From: Candidatus Lustribacter sp.
GTDB taxonomy: Bacteria; Vulcanimicrobiota; Vulcanimicrobiia; Vulcanimicrobiales; Vulcanimicrobiaceae
Direction of reading: 5' to 3'
DNA length: 64,000 nt
Assembly (NCBI GenBank): GCA_965277805.1
Contig: OZ255842.1
Location: 3,552,001-3,616,000 of the forward strand
The position numbers and the translations under genes were made by a program. This document shows positions 9,251-18,066 of this stretch, piece by piece; positions within the stretch are counted from its first letter, which is position 1, and each line of letters starts with the position of its first letter. The notes under the pieces are model-generated. The model made no database searches. It worked only from the letters and a program-made list of their open reading frames with translations, and was not told where the DNA came from.

Positions 9251-10381
9251 ATGCCGCGGATGGGGATGACTACGGGGAACAAGCTCAAGCTTGGTCTGTT
9301 CGGTGCGAACTGCTCGGGCGGACGGGCGCTGACGCGCGTGCCCGAACGCTGGAAGGCTGACTGGGACGAAATCGCCGAGATGGGGCAGATGGCCGATGAC
9401 TGCGGCATCGATTTTCTCTTGCCGATCGCGCGCTGGAAAGGCTACGGCGGCGAGACGGATTGGCAAGGCACGAGCTTCGAGACGATCACGTGGGCAACGG
9501 GCCTGCTCGCGTTGACGAAACAGATCACCGTCTTCGGCACCGTGCACGTGCCGCTGTTCCATCCGATCAGCGCGGCGAAACAAATGGTGACCGCCGATCA
9601 CGTCGGTCACGGCCGGTTCGGTCTCAACATCGTCGCCGGCTGGAATACGGAAGAGTTCGACATGTTCGGCGTCGACCGCAAAGACCGGCCCGAACGCTAC
9701 GAAGAAGCGCAAGAGTGGATCGACGCGGTATCGCGGATTTGGAGCGAAGACGACTTCACCTTCAACGGCAAAGTCTTTCAGCTACGCGACGTGCGCGTGA
9801 AGCCGAAACCGTACGGCGGCACGCGTCCCGTCATCATGAACGCCGGCGCATCGGGCGACGGCCAAGCGTTTGCGATCCGCAACTGTGATGCGTACTTCAC
9901 CGGCGTGCGCATGTCGTCGTTCGACGAAGCTACCGGTGTGATGACGCCGGCGGTCGATCAAGCCCGCGCGCACGTCGATGAAGTGCGCAAAAAGGCCGCG
10001 GCGATCGGTCGCGAGATCGGCGTATTCACGCGCGCCGACATCACCTGTCTCCCGACGCAGAAAGAAGCCGCGGAGTACTACCACTACTGGGTGGAAGAGA
10101 TGGCCGACTGGGATGCCGTCGACCATCAGATGCAGATCAGCGATCGCACGCCGATCAAGGCCGGTATGCCCGGTTTCCTCGAAGCGCGCAAGCAGCACAT
10201 CCATGGTTTCCCGCTCGTCGGCGATCCCGACCGCGTCGCCTCGATGCTGGCGACGCTGAGCGAAGCCGGTTTCGACGGCGTCGGCCTTTCGTTCGTGAAC
10301 TACCTCAACGAGTTGCCCTTCTTCCGCGACGAAGTGCTCCCGCGGCTCGAACGGAAGGGCCTCCGCACTTCGGCGCGCTAG
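9251..10381 (+). CDS. LLM-class flavin-dependent monooxygenase
   Basis: LKLGLFGANCSGG, FLLPIARWKGYGG, GRFGLNIVAGW, EVLPRLE. Confidence 0.9.
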   Translation: MPRMGMTTGNKLKLGLFGANCSGGRALTRVPERWKADWDEIAEMGQMADDCGIDFLLPIARWKGYGGETDWQGTSFETITWATGLLALTKQITVFGTVHVPLFHPISAAKQMVTADHVGHGRFGLNIVAGWNTEEFDMFGVDRKDRPERYEEAQEWIDAVSRIWSEDDFTFNGKVFQLRDVRVKPKPYGGTRPVIMNAGASGDGQAFAIRNCDAYFTGVRMSSFDEATGVMTPAVDQARAHVDEVRKKAAAIGREIGVFTRADITCLPTQKEAAEYYHYWVEEMADWDAVDHQMQISDRTPIKAGMPGFLEARKQHIHGFPLVGDPDRVASMLATLSEAGFDGVGLSFVNYLNELPFFRDEVLPRLERKGLRTSAR

Positions 10382-10407
10382 GGTAGCAGCATAGCGAGGA
10401 GGTCGTC

Positions 10408-11592
10408 ATGATGATGCCCCTACCGGCCCGCGTTCGAGCGCTCGCGGCAGCGCTCTTGACCGCGACCCTTCTGTGCCCGGTGCCCGCACGCTGCGAGGAC
10501 CCGTTCACGATCAATGCGATCTACTCCATGACGGGGTACGCCGCATTTATCGGGCAGGGCAGCGCGGTGGCGCTGCGCGTCGTGGAAGACGAGGTGAACC
10601 GGACAGGCGGCATCCAAGGCCGGCCCGTTCACTTCGAGATCGTCGACGATCAGTCGAATCCGGCGACGGCGCTTACCCTCGCCAATCAAATCATTGCAAA
10701 GGGCGCTGCGGTCATTTTGGGCCCGGTGCTGACCAGCAACTGCGAAGCCGTCTTCCCGCAAATCATCCAGAACGGACCGGTGGATTATTGCGGATCGCCG
10801 TCGGTTTTCCCGAAAGCGGGCACGTACGCATTCGGCCTTGGTCCGTCATTTCGCGACTTGAGTGTCGCGATGGTGCGCTATCTGCGCGCGAAGGGCTGGA
10901 AGCGCGTGGCGATCCTCGCGACCACCGATGCCTCGGGACAGGTAGCGGAACGCGAGGGCCAGAGTGCGCTAGAATTGCCGGAAAATAAGGGTATGACGCT
11001 CGTCGCGACCGAGCACTTCGCTGTTGCCGACGTCGGCATCGGCGCGCAAGTCGCGCGCATTCGAAGCGCAAACCCCGACGCAATCCTGGCCGAAGTCACG
11101 GGAACCCCGCTTGGAACCGTGCTTCACGGCTTGCACGATGCCGGTATCGACATCCCGGTCATCACGAACGCCGGCAACATCAACCCGAACCAAATCGCGA
11201 GCTACGCTTCGTTCTTGCCGGCGACCATGCTCTTTTCAGGCTTTGGTTTCATGGCTCCCAATCTACAGGGCGATCAACGCGTCCGTGCGCTGCAGCAGCA
11301 GTTTGTTGCCGACGTAACAGCGCTCAAGGCGGAGCCGGCGGGACCAACTGCATCGACGTACGATCCGGCTCGCGTGGTCGTCGATGCGTTTCGCAAGCTC
11401 GGCACGAAGGCGACGGCTGCCCAGATCAAAGACTATATCGAACACGTCAAAGGCTATCCCTCGATCAACGGGCTGATGGATTTTACCAACGGCAATCAGC
11501 GCGGCATGGACGAACGGGGCGTGGTGATCGTGCAGTGGGATGGTTCGAAGCGCGCGTTCACGCCGGTCAGCAAATACGGCGGAGCACCGTAA
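10408..11592 (+). CDS. Branched-chain amino acid-type ABC substrate-binding protein
   Basis: Signal peptide, VNRTGGIQGRPV..DDQSNP (LivJ-like fold); RBS GAGGAGG. Confidence 0.85.
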   Translation: MMMPLPARVRALAAALLTATLLCPVPARCEDPFTINAIYSMTGYAAFIGQGSAVALRVVEDEVNRTGGIQGRPVHFEIVDDQSNPATALTLANQIIAKGAAVILGPVLTSNCEAVFPQIIQNGPVDYCGSPSVFPKAGTYAFGLGPSFRDLSVAMVRYLRAKGWKRVAILATTDASGQVAEREGQSALELPENKGMTLVATEHFAVADVGIGAQVARIRSANPDAILAEVTGTPLGTVLHGLHDAGIDIPVITNAGNINPNQIASYASFLPATMLFSGFGFMAPNLQGDQRVRALQQQFVADVTALKAEPAGPTASTYDPARVVVDAFRKLGTKATAAQIKDYIEHVKGYPSINGLMDFTNGNQRGMDERGVVIVQWDGSKRAFTPVSKYGGAP

Positions 11593-11603
11593 CGCGGTAG
11601 TGC

Positions 11604-12530
11604 CTACGGTTCGATCAGAATCTTGGCGTGATCGGGACGTTTGCTCGATTCCCACGCCTGCGTCACGTCGTTGAGAGACCGAACGTCGACCGTGGCCCGG
11701 AGCGTTCCACGCGCGATGTTCTCGAGAATCTTCCGATAGGTTTGTTTGCGGACGTCCGGCGGTGCGGAGAAATTCGCATAGCCGGCGATCGTCAGCGACT
11801 TCGGCACGAGCGTCGCGGGAACGGTAAAGCCTTCGCCGCTCGCGCGGCCGATTTGCACGAACCGCGCGCCGGGTCGCGCCGCGTTGAGTGCGCACTGGGC
11901 GATGGTTCCGGAGACCGGATCGAAGATCACGTTCGGACCGCCGTTCGTGGCATCGGCGAAGGCTTCGGTCAGGCGATCTTTTTCGTCCGCCACGTTGACG
12001 ACGGCATCGGCGCCGGCGACCCGCGCCCGCTCGAGACCGGCAGCGCTTCGTCCGGCCGCGACAACGCGTTTGGCGCCGAGAATCTTCGCGATCTGCACCG
12101 CCGTTGACCCGACGAGTCCGGTCGCACCCAGGATCAGAACGGTATCGCCAGGTTGCAGTTTAGCCGTCCACTCGAGCGCCATCCACGCCGTAATTCCGGT
12201 ACTGCCGCCGAGGCCGGCAGCTTGCCGCGCGTCGATCGCCGCGGGAATCTCGACGACGAAGTCGCTCTCGGCGAGCGCGATCCGTTCGGCACAGGCACCA
12301 CCCTTCATCGGCGTCACCTCAAAGTACGCGCGCGTCCCGCCGATCTCGGCCACGCCTTCCTTGCCGGTGACGAACGGCAGCGCGATCTTGCCCCACGCGC
12401 CGCTCGCAACAACGTGATCGACCGGCGTGATCGCCGCGACGAGCACGTTGCCGATGCGTCCGCCCGACGGTTCGGGAACGTCGGTAAGCGCGGGCGCGCG
12501 ACCCAGTTCGCTGATGACGCCGGCGCGCAT
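11604..12530 (-). CDS. MDR-family NADPH:quinone oxidoreductase-like protein
   Basis: PFVTGKEGV, PGDTVLILGATGLVGSTAVQIAKILGA; ATG at 12530 overlaps the upstream stop. Confidence 0.85.
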   Translation of the reverse strand: MRAGVISELGRAPALTDVPEPSGGRIGNVLVAAITPVDHVVASGAWGKIALPFVTGKEGVAEIGGTRAYFEVTPMKGGACAERIALAESDFVVEIPAAIDARQAAGLGGSTGITAWMALEWTAKLQPGDTVLILGATGLVGSTAVQIAKILGAKRVVAAGRSAAGLERARVAGADAVVNVADEKDRLTEAFADATNGGPNVIFDPVSGTIAQCALNAARPGARFVQIGRASGEGFTVPATLVPKSLTIAGYANFSAPPDVRKQTYRKILENIARGTLRATVDVRSLNDVTQAWESSKRPDHAKILIEP

Positions 12531-13108
12531 CAGGCGTTCCTCGCGGGCGCTTCGAATGTCTTGACCACCTCGTACATTGCCGACGACGTGCGCGGCTTGA
12601 CGCGGGCGAAGTGCGCTTGCGAACTCGGCTTCGCGGCCATCGCCGACAGCGCGGCCTGATCGCGCCACTGAATGTATTCGGCTAAGCGCGTGCCGTCCAG
12701 CGAGCGATGAATCGTGCACGAGATGAAACCGTCGTTGACGCTATGTTCCTGCGCGATGCCGATCAGGTAGCTCACGAGTTCGTCTTGCTCGTGGGGCTCG
12801 CACGTGAACACGACGATGAGCGTCAGCGGCGAACTGCCCGCGACGATGAACGGTTCGTCGCCGGCGCGTTCGACGTGAGCAACGGTGTAGATCGTGCCCG
12901 AGACATCGGCTGGGTTGCGCCACTGGGCGTAGTTCGCCACGCGCGTGCCGTCCTTACTGCGGTGCAGGTTGGCCGAAACGAAACCGGGCCGTCGCATCGC
13001 CGTCGTGGCCTCTTCACTGAGCTGTGCAAGAAGCGCGTCAGCTCCGCCCGGCTCGACCGCAAGCACGTCGATCACAACCGCACCGGCGACGTCTTTGGAG
13101 ATGATCAT
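12530..13108 (-). CDS. Tandem-domain antibiotic biosynthesis monooxygenase (ABM) family protein
   Basis: Two repeats: GFVSANLHRSKDGTRVANYAQWR and GFISCTIHRSLDGTRLAEYIQWR. Confidence 0.8.
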   Translation of the reverse strand: MIISKDVAGAVVIDVLAVEPGGADALLAQLSEEATTAMRRPGFVSANLHRSKDGTRVANYAQWRNPADVSGTIYTVAHVERAGDEPFIVAGSSPLTLIVVFTCEPHEQDELVSYLIGIAQEHSVNDGFISCTIHRSLDGTRLAEYIQWRDQAALSAMAAKPSSQAHFARVKPRTSSAMYEVVKTFEAPARNA

Positions 13109-13188
13109 CGGCCCAGCCAATGGGCGCGGGACGCTTCGTCGGGCGTTCCGAATTGTAGGGGCATGAAAAACTCCTCAGGACGGATCGC

Positions 13189-14160
13189 ATGACGCGGCGG
13201 GCGGGCGTGGTCGGGGTGCATTCCCTGGATCACTTCAGCTTGGTCGTTCCCGACCTCGATGAGGCGGCGACATTCTACCAGCGCTTTGGACTCGACATGA
13301 GGCCGGCCGGCGACACGCTCGAGATGTACACCACCGGGAATCCGCATCGCTGGGGACGTTATCATGCCGGGCCTTCGAAAGTGCTCGACTATCTTTCGTT
13401 CGGCATATATGCAGACGACGTGCCGGCGTTTCGCAAGCGGCTCGCCGAGCGCAACGTGGCCATCGCGGCCGCGCCGCCGCACGCGCTCGATGACTCCGGA
13501 ATGTGGTTTCGCGACGATGACGGAAACCTGATCGAGCTGCGCGTCGCAGAGAAGAGCTCGCCCGACAGCAAGGCGAGCGCCTCCAATCCGAGTACGCCCG
13601 AGGGCGTCGTTGCGATGCCGCTGCGTGCCGATGCGCCGTTCGTGCGGCCGCGACGGCTCTCGCACATCTTGATCTTCTCGACCGACGTGCCGCGGTCGGT
13701 GGATTTCTACTCGGCCATCGTGGGCCTGGAACTCTCGGATGCGGCCGCGGACGTCATCGCCTTCATGCACGGCGTTCATGGCAGCGATCACCACCTCGTC
13801 GCTTTCGCGAAATCCGATTATCGCGGCTTCCATCACTGCAGTTGGGACGTGGGTTCGGTCAACGACGTCGGCCTCGGCGCGATGCAGATGGCCGATGCCG
13901 GTCACGTTCGCGGCTGGGGATTCGGACGGCATGTGCTGGGCTCCAACTACTTTCACTACATTCGCGATCCGTGGGGCAGCTATTGCGAATACTCCCACGA
14001 CATCGATTACGTACCGGCGAACGGCAACTGGGAAGCGCGTCGCGTAAGTCCGGAAAACGGCTTTTATCTCTGGGGTCCGGTACCGCCCGAGGACTTTGCC
14101 TTCAACTACGAGTCGCCGGCCGCGAGCTTGACGAAGGATCTGCTCTCAAGCACCACGTGA
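13189..14160 (+). CDS. VOC-family extradiol dioxygenase-like protein (catechol 2,3-dioxygenase-like)
   Basis: HSLDHF, RLSH, SDHHLVAF, HHCSWDV, WGFGRHVLGSNYFHYIRDPWG..EY. Confidence 0.88.
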   Translation: MTRRAGVVGVHSLDHFSLVVPDLDEAATFYQRFGLDMRPAGDTLEMYTTGNPHRWGRYHAGPSKVLDYLSFGIYADDVPAFRKRLAERNVAIAAAPPHALDDSGMWFRDDDGNLIELRVAEKSSPDSKASASNPSTPEGVVAMPLRADAPFVRPRRLSHILIFSTDVPRSVDFYSAIVGLELSDAAADVIAFMHGVHGSDHHLVAFAKSDYRGFHHCSWDVGSVNDVGLGAMQMADAGHVRGWGFGRHVLGSNYFHYIRDPWGSYCEYSHDIDYVPANGNWEARRVSPENGFYLWGPVPPEDFAFNYESPAASLTKDLLSSTT

Positions 14161-14165
14161 CTCGT

Positions 14166-14642
14166 TCACACGCGAACGTACTCGACTCGCCCCGGTAGAC
14201 TTCGGCGCTGCACGCCGGCCGGCACCCCGATGCGGGCCGGCCCGGGACCGGCGAGTTCGTCCTTGCAATAGGCGACGCGCCGCTCTAAGAGCGCACGTTG
14301 TGCCATCAGCTTGCGGAGTTCGGTGTCGATGAAGGCGATGTGGCGCTCGTAGACGGTACACGCGGGAATCATCGTGCTGCGCGCTTGATCGGGATCCGGT
14401 TCGCGCTCGAGGGGCGTGACCGACGCGAAGATCTCCCCGACTTCCGAGAGCGAGAGACCGAGCGAAAGCGCCGCGCCGAAGACACGGATCGGATGCTGCA
14501 GGCTCGCGTCGTAATAGCGGTAGCCGTTCGAGCTGCGATACAGCGGCTTGATCAGCCCGCGCCGTTCGTACACGCGCAGCGTACATACGGTGACGCCGCT
14601 CAGTTCTGCGAGTTTTCCGATGAGCACGGTTTGGTCGTCCAT
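14166..14642 (-). CDS. MerR family transcriptional regulator
   Basis: IGKLAELSGVTVCTLRVYERRGLI..RSSNGYRYY; RBS GAGGAG before the ATG at 14642. Confidence 0.85.
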   Translation of the reverse strand: MDDQTVLIGKLAELSGVTVCTLRVYERRGLIKPLYRSSNGYRYYDASLQHPIRVFGAALSLGLSLSEVGEIFASVTPLEREPDPDQARSTMIPACTVYERHIAFIDTELRKLMAQRALLERRVAYCKDELAGPGPARIGVPAGVQRRSLPGRVEYVRV

Positions 14643-14670
14643 CTGAACTCCTCGATGATGTCTCGGCTGC

Positions 14671-14699
14671 ATGGTGGCAGAACGACAAGGTGCTGTCAA
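14671..14699 (-). promoter_or_regulatory. Sigma70-type promoter for the merR-like gene with an overlapping GACA-N6-TGTC inverted repeat (candidate MarR operator)
   Basis: Minus strand TTGACA-17 nt-CACCAT; palindrome GACAAGGTGCTGTC at 14684-14697. Confidence 0.55.
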
Positions 14700-14723
14700 C
14701 ATCGATTCGCAAGGAACACCCTC

Positions 14724-15173
14724 GTGGCGAACCATACCGCAGCGGCGAAAGCATTCACCCAACTCGTGCTGGCGGTATTTCGCTTGAACAGCGCGCTGGT
14801 TGCGTCGGGCGACCGGATGACCAAAGATCTGCAACTCACGAGCGCCCGTTGGCAGATCATGGGCGCACTTGCGCAGGAGCCGCTTACGGCCTCGCAGATC
14901 GCGCGCAACATGGGCCTCTATCGCCAGACGGTGCAGCCGCTCGTCGACGCGCTCGCCGCCGACAAGCTGCTCGAATTCATCCCGAATCCGAACCACCGCC
15001 GGGCGCGCCTCATTCGCATGACGCCGAGCGGCCGCGCCGCCTACGAGGAAGCCTTAGCGCGCCAGATCACGTGGTCGAACGAGATCTCGCGCCGCCTCTC
15101 CGTCGAGAGCTTTGACGCCGCGACGGAACTGGCGCGCGAGCTCACAAAGCGGCTCGACGACCGCGCTACCTGA
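14724..15173 (+). CDS. MarR family transcriptional regulator
   Basis: LTSARWQIMGAL..TASQIARNMGL.RQTVQ..NPNHRRARLIRMT; GTG start after AAGGAA. Confidence 0.88.
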   Translation: MANHTAAAKAFTQLVLAVFRLNSALVASGDRMTKDLQLTSARWQIMGALAQEPLTASQIARNMGLYRQTVQPLVDALAADKLLEFIPNPNHRRARLIRMTPSGRAAYEEALARQITWSNEISRRLSVESFDAATELARELTKRLDDRAT

Positions 15174-17187
15174 TCGCTCTTTCCACGTCCGCAAGGTTCG
15201 CGGCGGTGAACGGAACGCGCTGCGCGTAGGCGATGTTGCCGCTGCCGTCGGTCACCACGACGCCGGCGGTCTTCTTATCACCCGGCGGCACGAGCGTGAG
15301 CCAGCCCGTCCCATCGAACGTGACGAGCACGTTGGAGTTGATCTGATCCTTCGTACCGACCGCGGCGCCCTCGACCATCTGCCGGATGTGGCGGCGCGAG
15401 ATAAACGCCGTCTTCGCCGCAACGACCACGACGTACACCACGGCATCGTGCGCCAGATGATCCGCCAGCAGCCGGCGTGACCATGCCTTCAGGTCGGGTT
15501 CGGACTCCGGCGTGTAGGCGAGCAACAGCACGAGCGGTTTCCCCGCGGCATCGGTGGGCAGCACGACATGATTTCCGCCGAGCGCATCCGCTTCCAGACG
15601 CGGAAGGCTCGCGGCCGAGGCCGGTAACGCAACGGAACCGGCGAACGCGAACACGAGCACGGCGGCAATCGTGCGCGCCGCGCCGGCCGCCCGGCACAAG
15701 AACGGACACAAGAGCAGCGAGAGCGCGAGCAGCGCGCCGATCACGAACCAGGCTTCGTTGAAGGCAATGGTCGCCGCCGCGCGCGCGATGATCGGCTTGA
15801 CGAACGCGATATCGCCCGGATCCGCATGCGCGAGATTGACGCCCGCGAGCAAATCCTTCGGAATGCCGACGAACGCGGCGGTTGCAGCGCTGCCCTTCAC
15901 GAGGTCGGCCAGCAAGCGCGTGGCGATGGCCGGCGGGCGCAGGTTGACGATCGTGTCGACGACGCCGATGCCCACCGCGCCGCCCATGTTGCGCATGAAA
16001 TTCAGCAGCCCGCTCGCGTTCGAGAGCGCATCAGCCGGTAACTCGTCCAGCGCGACGTTCGTGATCGGAACGATGCAGAACAACAGCGCGGCGCCGCGCA
16101 GAATCTGCGGGACGAGGAGTCCGGCGAAGTCCGTCTTCGGCGTTTCAAATGCGTTGGCGAACGATCCCGCGGCAAAGAGGCCGAAGCCGATCGCCACGAC
16201 CCAGCGCGCAGGCAGCCGGCGGTCGGCCAGCGTCGCCAGCGGTGCGGCCAGTAACTGCGAGGCACCCATCACGGTGATGATCTCTCCGATCTCGAGCGGG
16301 GTATGAAAGCGCACGAAGCCCAAAAACAGCGGCAAGACGTAGAGCGAAGCGAACAGGGCGAAACCCAAAATGAAGTTGTAAGCGCAGGCGACGCAAAATC
16401 CCGGCACGCGCAGCGGGGCGAAGTCGACCAGCGCTTCGCCCGTGTTCGTGCAGCGGCGAATGAACAACGCGCCGGTGACCACGGTCAGTAGCAGCAAACC
16501 GATGTCGCGCGGGCTTGTCCAGCGATCCTCGGGACCGACCTTGAGCATGATCTGCAGCGCGGCCAGACACACGGTGAGCGCGGCGAACGCGACCGCATCG
16601 ATGCTGCGCCACGCCGTGCGGTCGGGGCGATCGACGTCGACGACTGCAGCGGTGATCGCCGCGATCGCGAGCCCGATCGGAATGTTGATGAAAAAGAGCC
16701 AGTTCCACGACAAGTTCTGGGCCACGTAGCCGCCGATGTACGGTCCCACCGACGGCGCCAACATCGCGAGCGCGCCGGCGACCAGGATCGCGCGGGCATG
16801 CAATGCTTTCGGGAACATCTTGTAGCCGGCGGCGAAGACCGTCGGCACCATCGTACCGGCGCACAGGCCCTGCAGCGTGCGGAAGACGATCAGCGTGACG
16901 TAGTCGTGCGCGAGGCCGCACCCGAGGCTCGTCACGACGAAGCCGAAGGCGGCGCCGGCGAAGAGCCAGCGAGTCGACATCGCGCGCGCGAGGCGGCCGC
17001 TGAGCGCGATCGCGATGACCTCGGTGATCAGATACGACGTCTGGATCCAGCTTAACTCGTCGAGCGGCGTATGCAGCGAGGTCGCGATCCGCGGCAGTGC
17101 GGCGGCGACGATTTGGATATCCAAGATGGCCATGAAGAGGCCCATGCACATCGTCGTGAAGCCGAGCCACAACCGGCGATCTTCCAT
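15166..17187 (-). CDS. DHA2 (EmrB/QacA) MFS efflux permease with a fused C-terminal thioredoxin-like extra domain
   Basis: FMAILDIQIV, WIQTSYLITE, WNWLFFINIPIG, NASGLLNFMRNMGGA, plus ~170 extra residues in frame. Confidence 0.85.
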   Translation of the reverse strand: MEDRRLWLGFTTMCMGLFMAILDIQIVAAALPRIATSLHTPLDELSWIQTSYLITEVIAIALSGRLARAMSTRWLFAGAAFGFVVTSLGCGLAHDYVTLIVFRTLQGLCAGTMVPTVFAAGYKMFPKALHARAILVAGALAMLAPSVGPYIGGYVAQNLSWNWLFFINIPIGLAIAAITAAVVDVDRPDRTAWRSIDAVAFAALTVCLAALQIMLKVGPEDRWTSPRDIGLLLLTVVTGALFIRRCTNTGEALVDFAPLRVPGFCVACAYNFILGFALFASLYVLPLFLGFVRFHTPLEIGEIITVMGASQLLAAPLATLADRRLPARWVVAIGFGLFAAGSFANAFETPKTDFAGLLVPQILRGAALLFCIVPITNVALDELPADALSNASGLLNFMRNMGGAVGIGVVDTIVNLRPPAIATRLLADLVKGSAATAAFVGIPKDLLAGVNLAHADPGDIAFVKPIIARAAATIAFNEAWFVIGALLALSLLLCPFLCRAAGAARTIAAVLVFAFAGSVALPASAASLPRLEADALGGNHVVLPTDAAGKPLVLLLAYTPESEPDLKAWSRRLLADHLAHDAVVYVVVVAAKTAFISRRHIRQMVEGAAVGTKDQINSNVLVTFDGTGWLTLVPPGDKKTAGVVVTDGSGNIAYAQRVPFTAANLADVERAIR

Positions 17188-17304
17188 GTTCGGCGTTTCA
17201 CGTACGCGGCCTCGCAAGTCCTGGGCAATGCACTTTCAGTCTTTTTTCAAGCTGTTGCCGCTTTGCGGCATGAGCGCGCGAGGCCGGCGTTCAATGGCGC
17301 AAGC

Positions 17305-18066
17305 ATGAACTCGCTCGAAATCCAGCGCGATGGCGAGATCGCGATCGTTCACCTCGCGCGCGTGGCCAAACGCAACGCCCTCGACGACGAGACCGTGCAC
17401 GGCATCGAGCAATTCTTCAGCGAGCCGGGCGAGGGTGTGCGGGCGGTCGTGATTTCGGCGCGCGGCGAGCATTTTTCGGCCGGGCTCGATCTCTCGTCGC
17501 TGACCGATACCAACCCGCTCGATTCGCTGCGCCGCTCGCAGCTCTGGTATCGCGCGTTCGAACGCATCGAATTCGGCAACGTGCCCGTGGTCGCGGCGCT
17601 GCACGGCGCCGTTATCGGCGGCGGCCTCGAGATGGCGGCCGCCGCCCATATCCGCGTCGCCGATGCGACGACGTACTATGCGCTGCCCGAAGCGCAGCGC
17701 GGCATCTTCGTCGGCGGCGGCGGCTCGGTTCGCATCTCGCGCATCATCGGGCCGCATCGCATGATGGATCTGATGTTCACCGGCCGCATCTACAGCGCGC
17801 AGGAAGGACACACGCTGGGGCTGAGCCAGTACCTCGTCGAGGCGGGCGAAGCCGAAGCGAAAGCGATCGCGCTGGCCAAGCAGATCGCGACCGTGCCGCC
17901 GCTGAGCGCTTACGGCATCATGCACGCCGTACCGCGCAACGCCGAAGCCGACCCCGCGACCGGCTACGTGCTCGAAGGCCTGATGGCGGCCATGGCGGCG
18001 GGCGATCCGGTGGCGCAAGAACGCATCGCCGCCTTTCTCGCCGGGCGCGCCGCGAAGGTCAAGTGA
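17305..18066 (+). CDS. Enoyl-CoA hydratase/crotonase
   Basis: KRNAL, HFSAGLDL, GAVIGGGLE, LPEAQRGIFVGGG. Confidence 0.92.
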   Translation: MNSLEIQRDGEIAIVHLARVAKRNALDDETVHGIEQFFSEPGEGVRAVVISARGEHFSAGLDLSSLTDTNPLDSLRRSQLWYRAFERIEFGNVPVVAALHGAVIGGGLEMAAAAHIRVADATTYYALPEAQRGIFVGGGGSVRISRIIGPHRMMDLMFTGRIYSAQEGHTLGLSQYLVEAGEAEAKAIALAKQIATVPPLSAYGIMHAVPRNAEADPATGYVLEGLMAAMAAGDPVAQERIAAFLAGRAAKVK

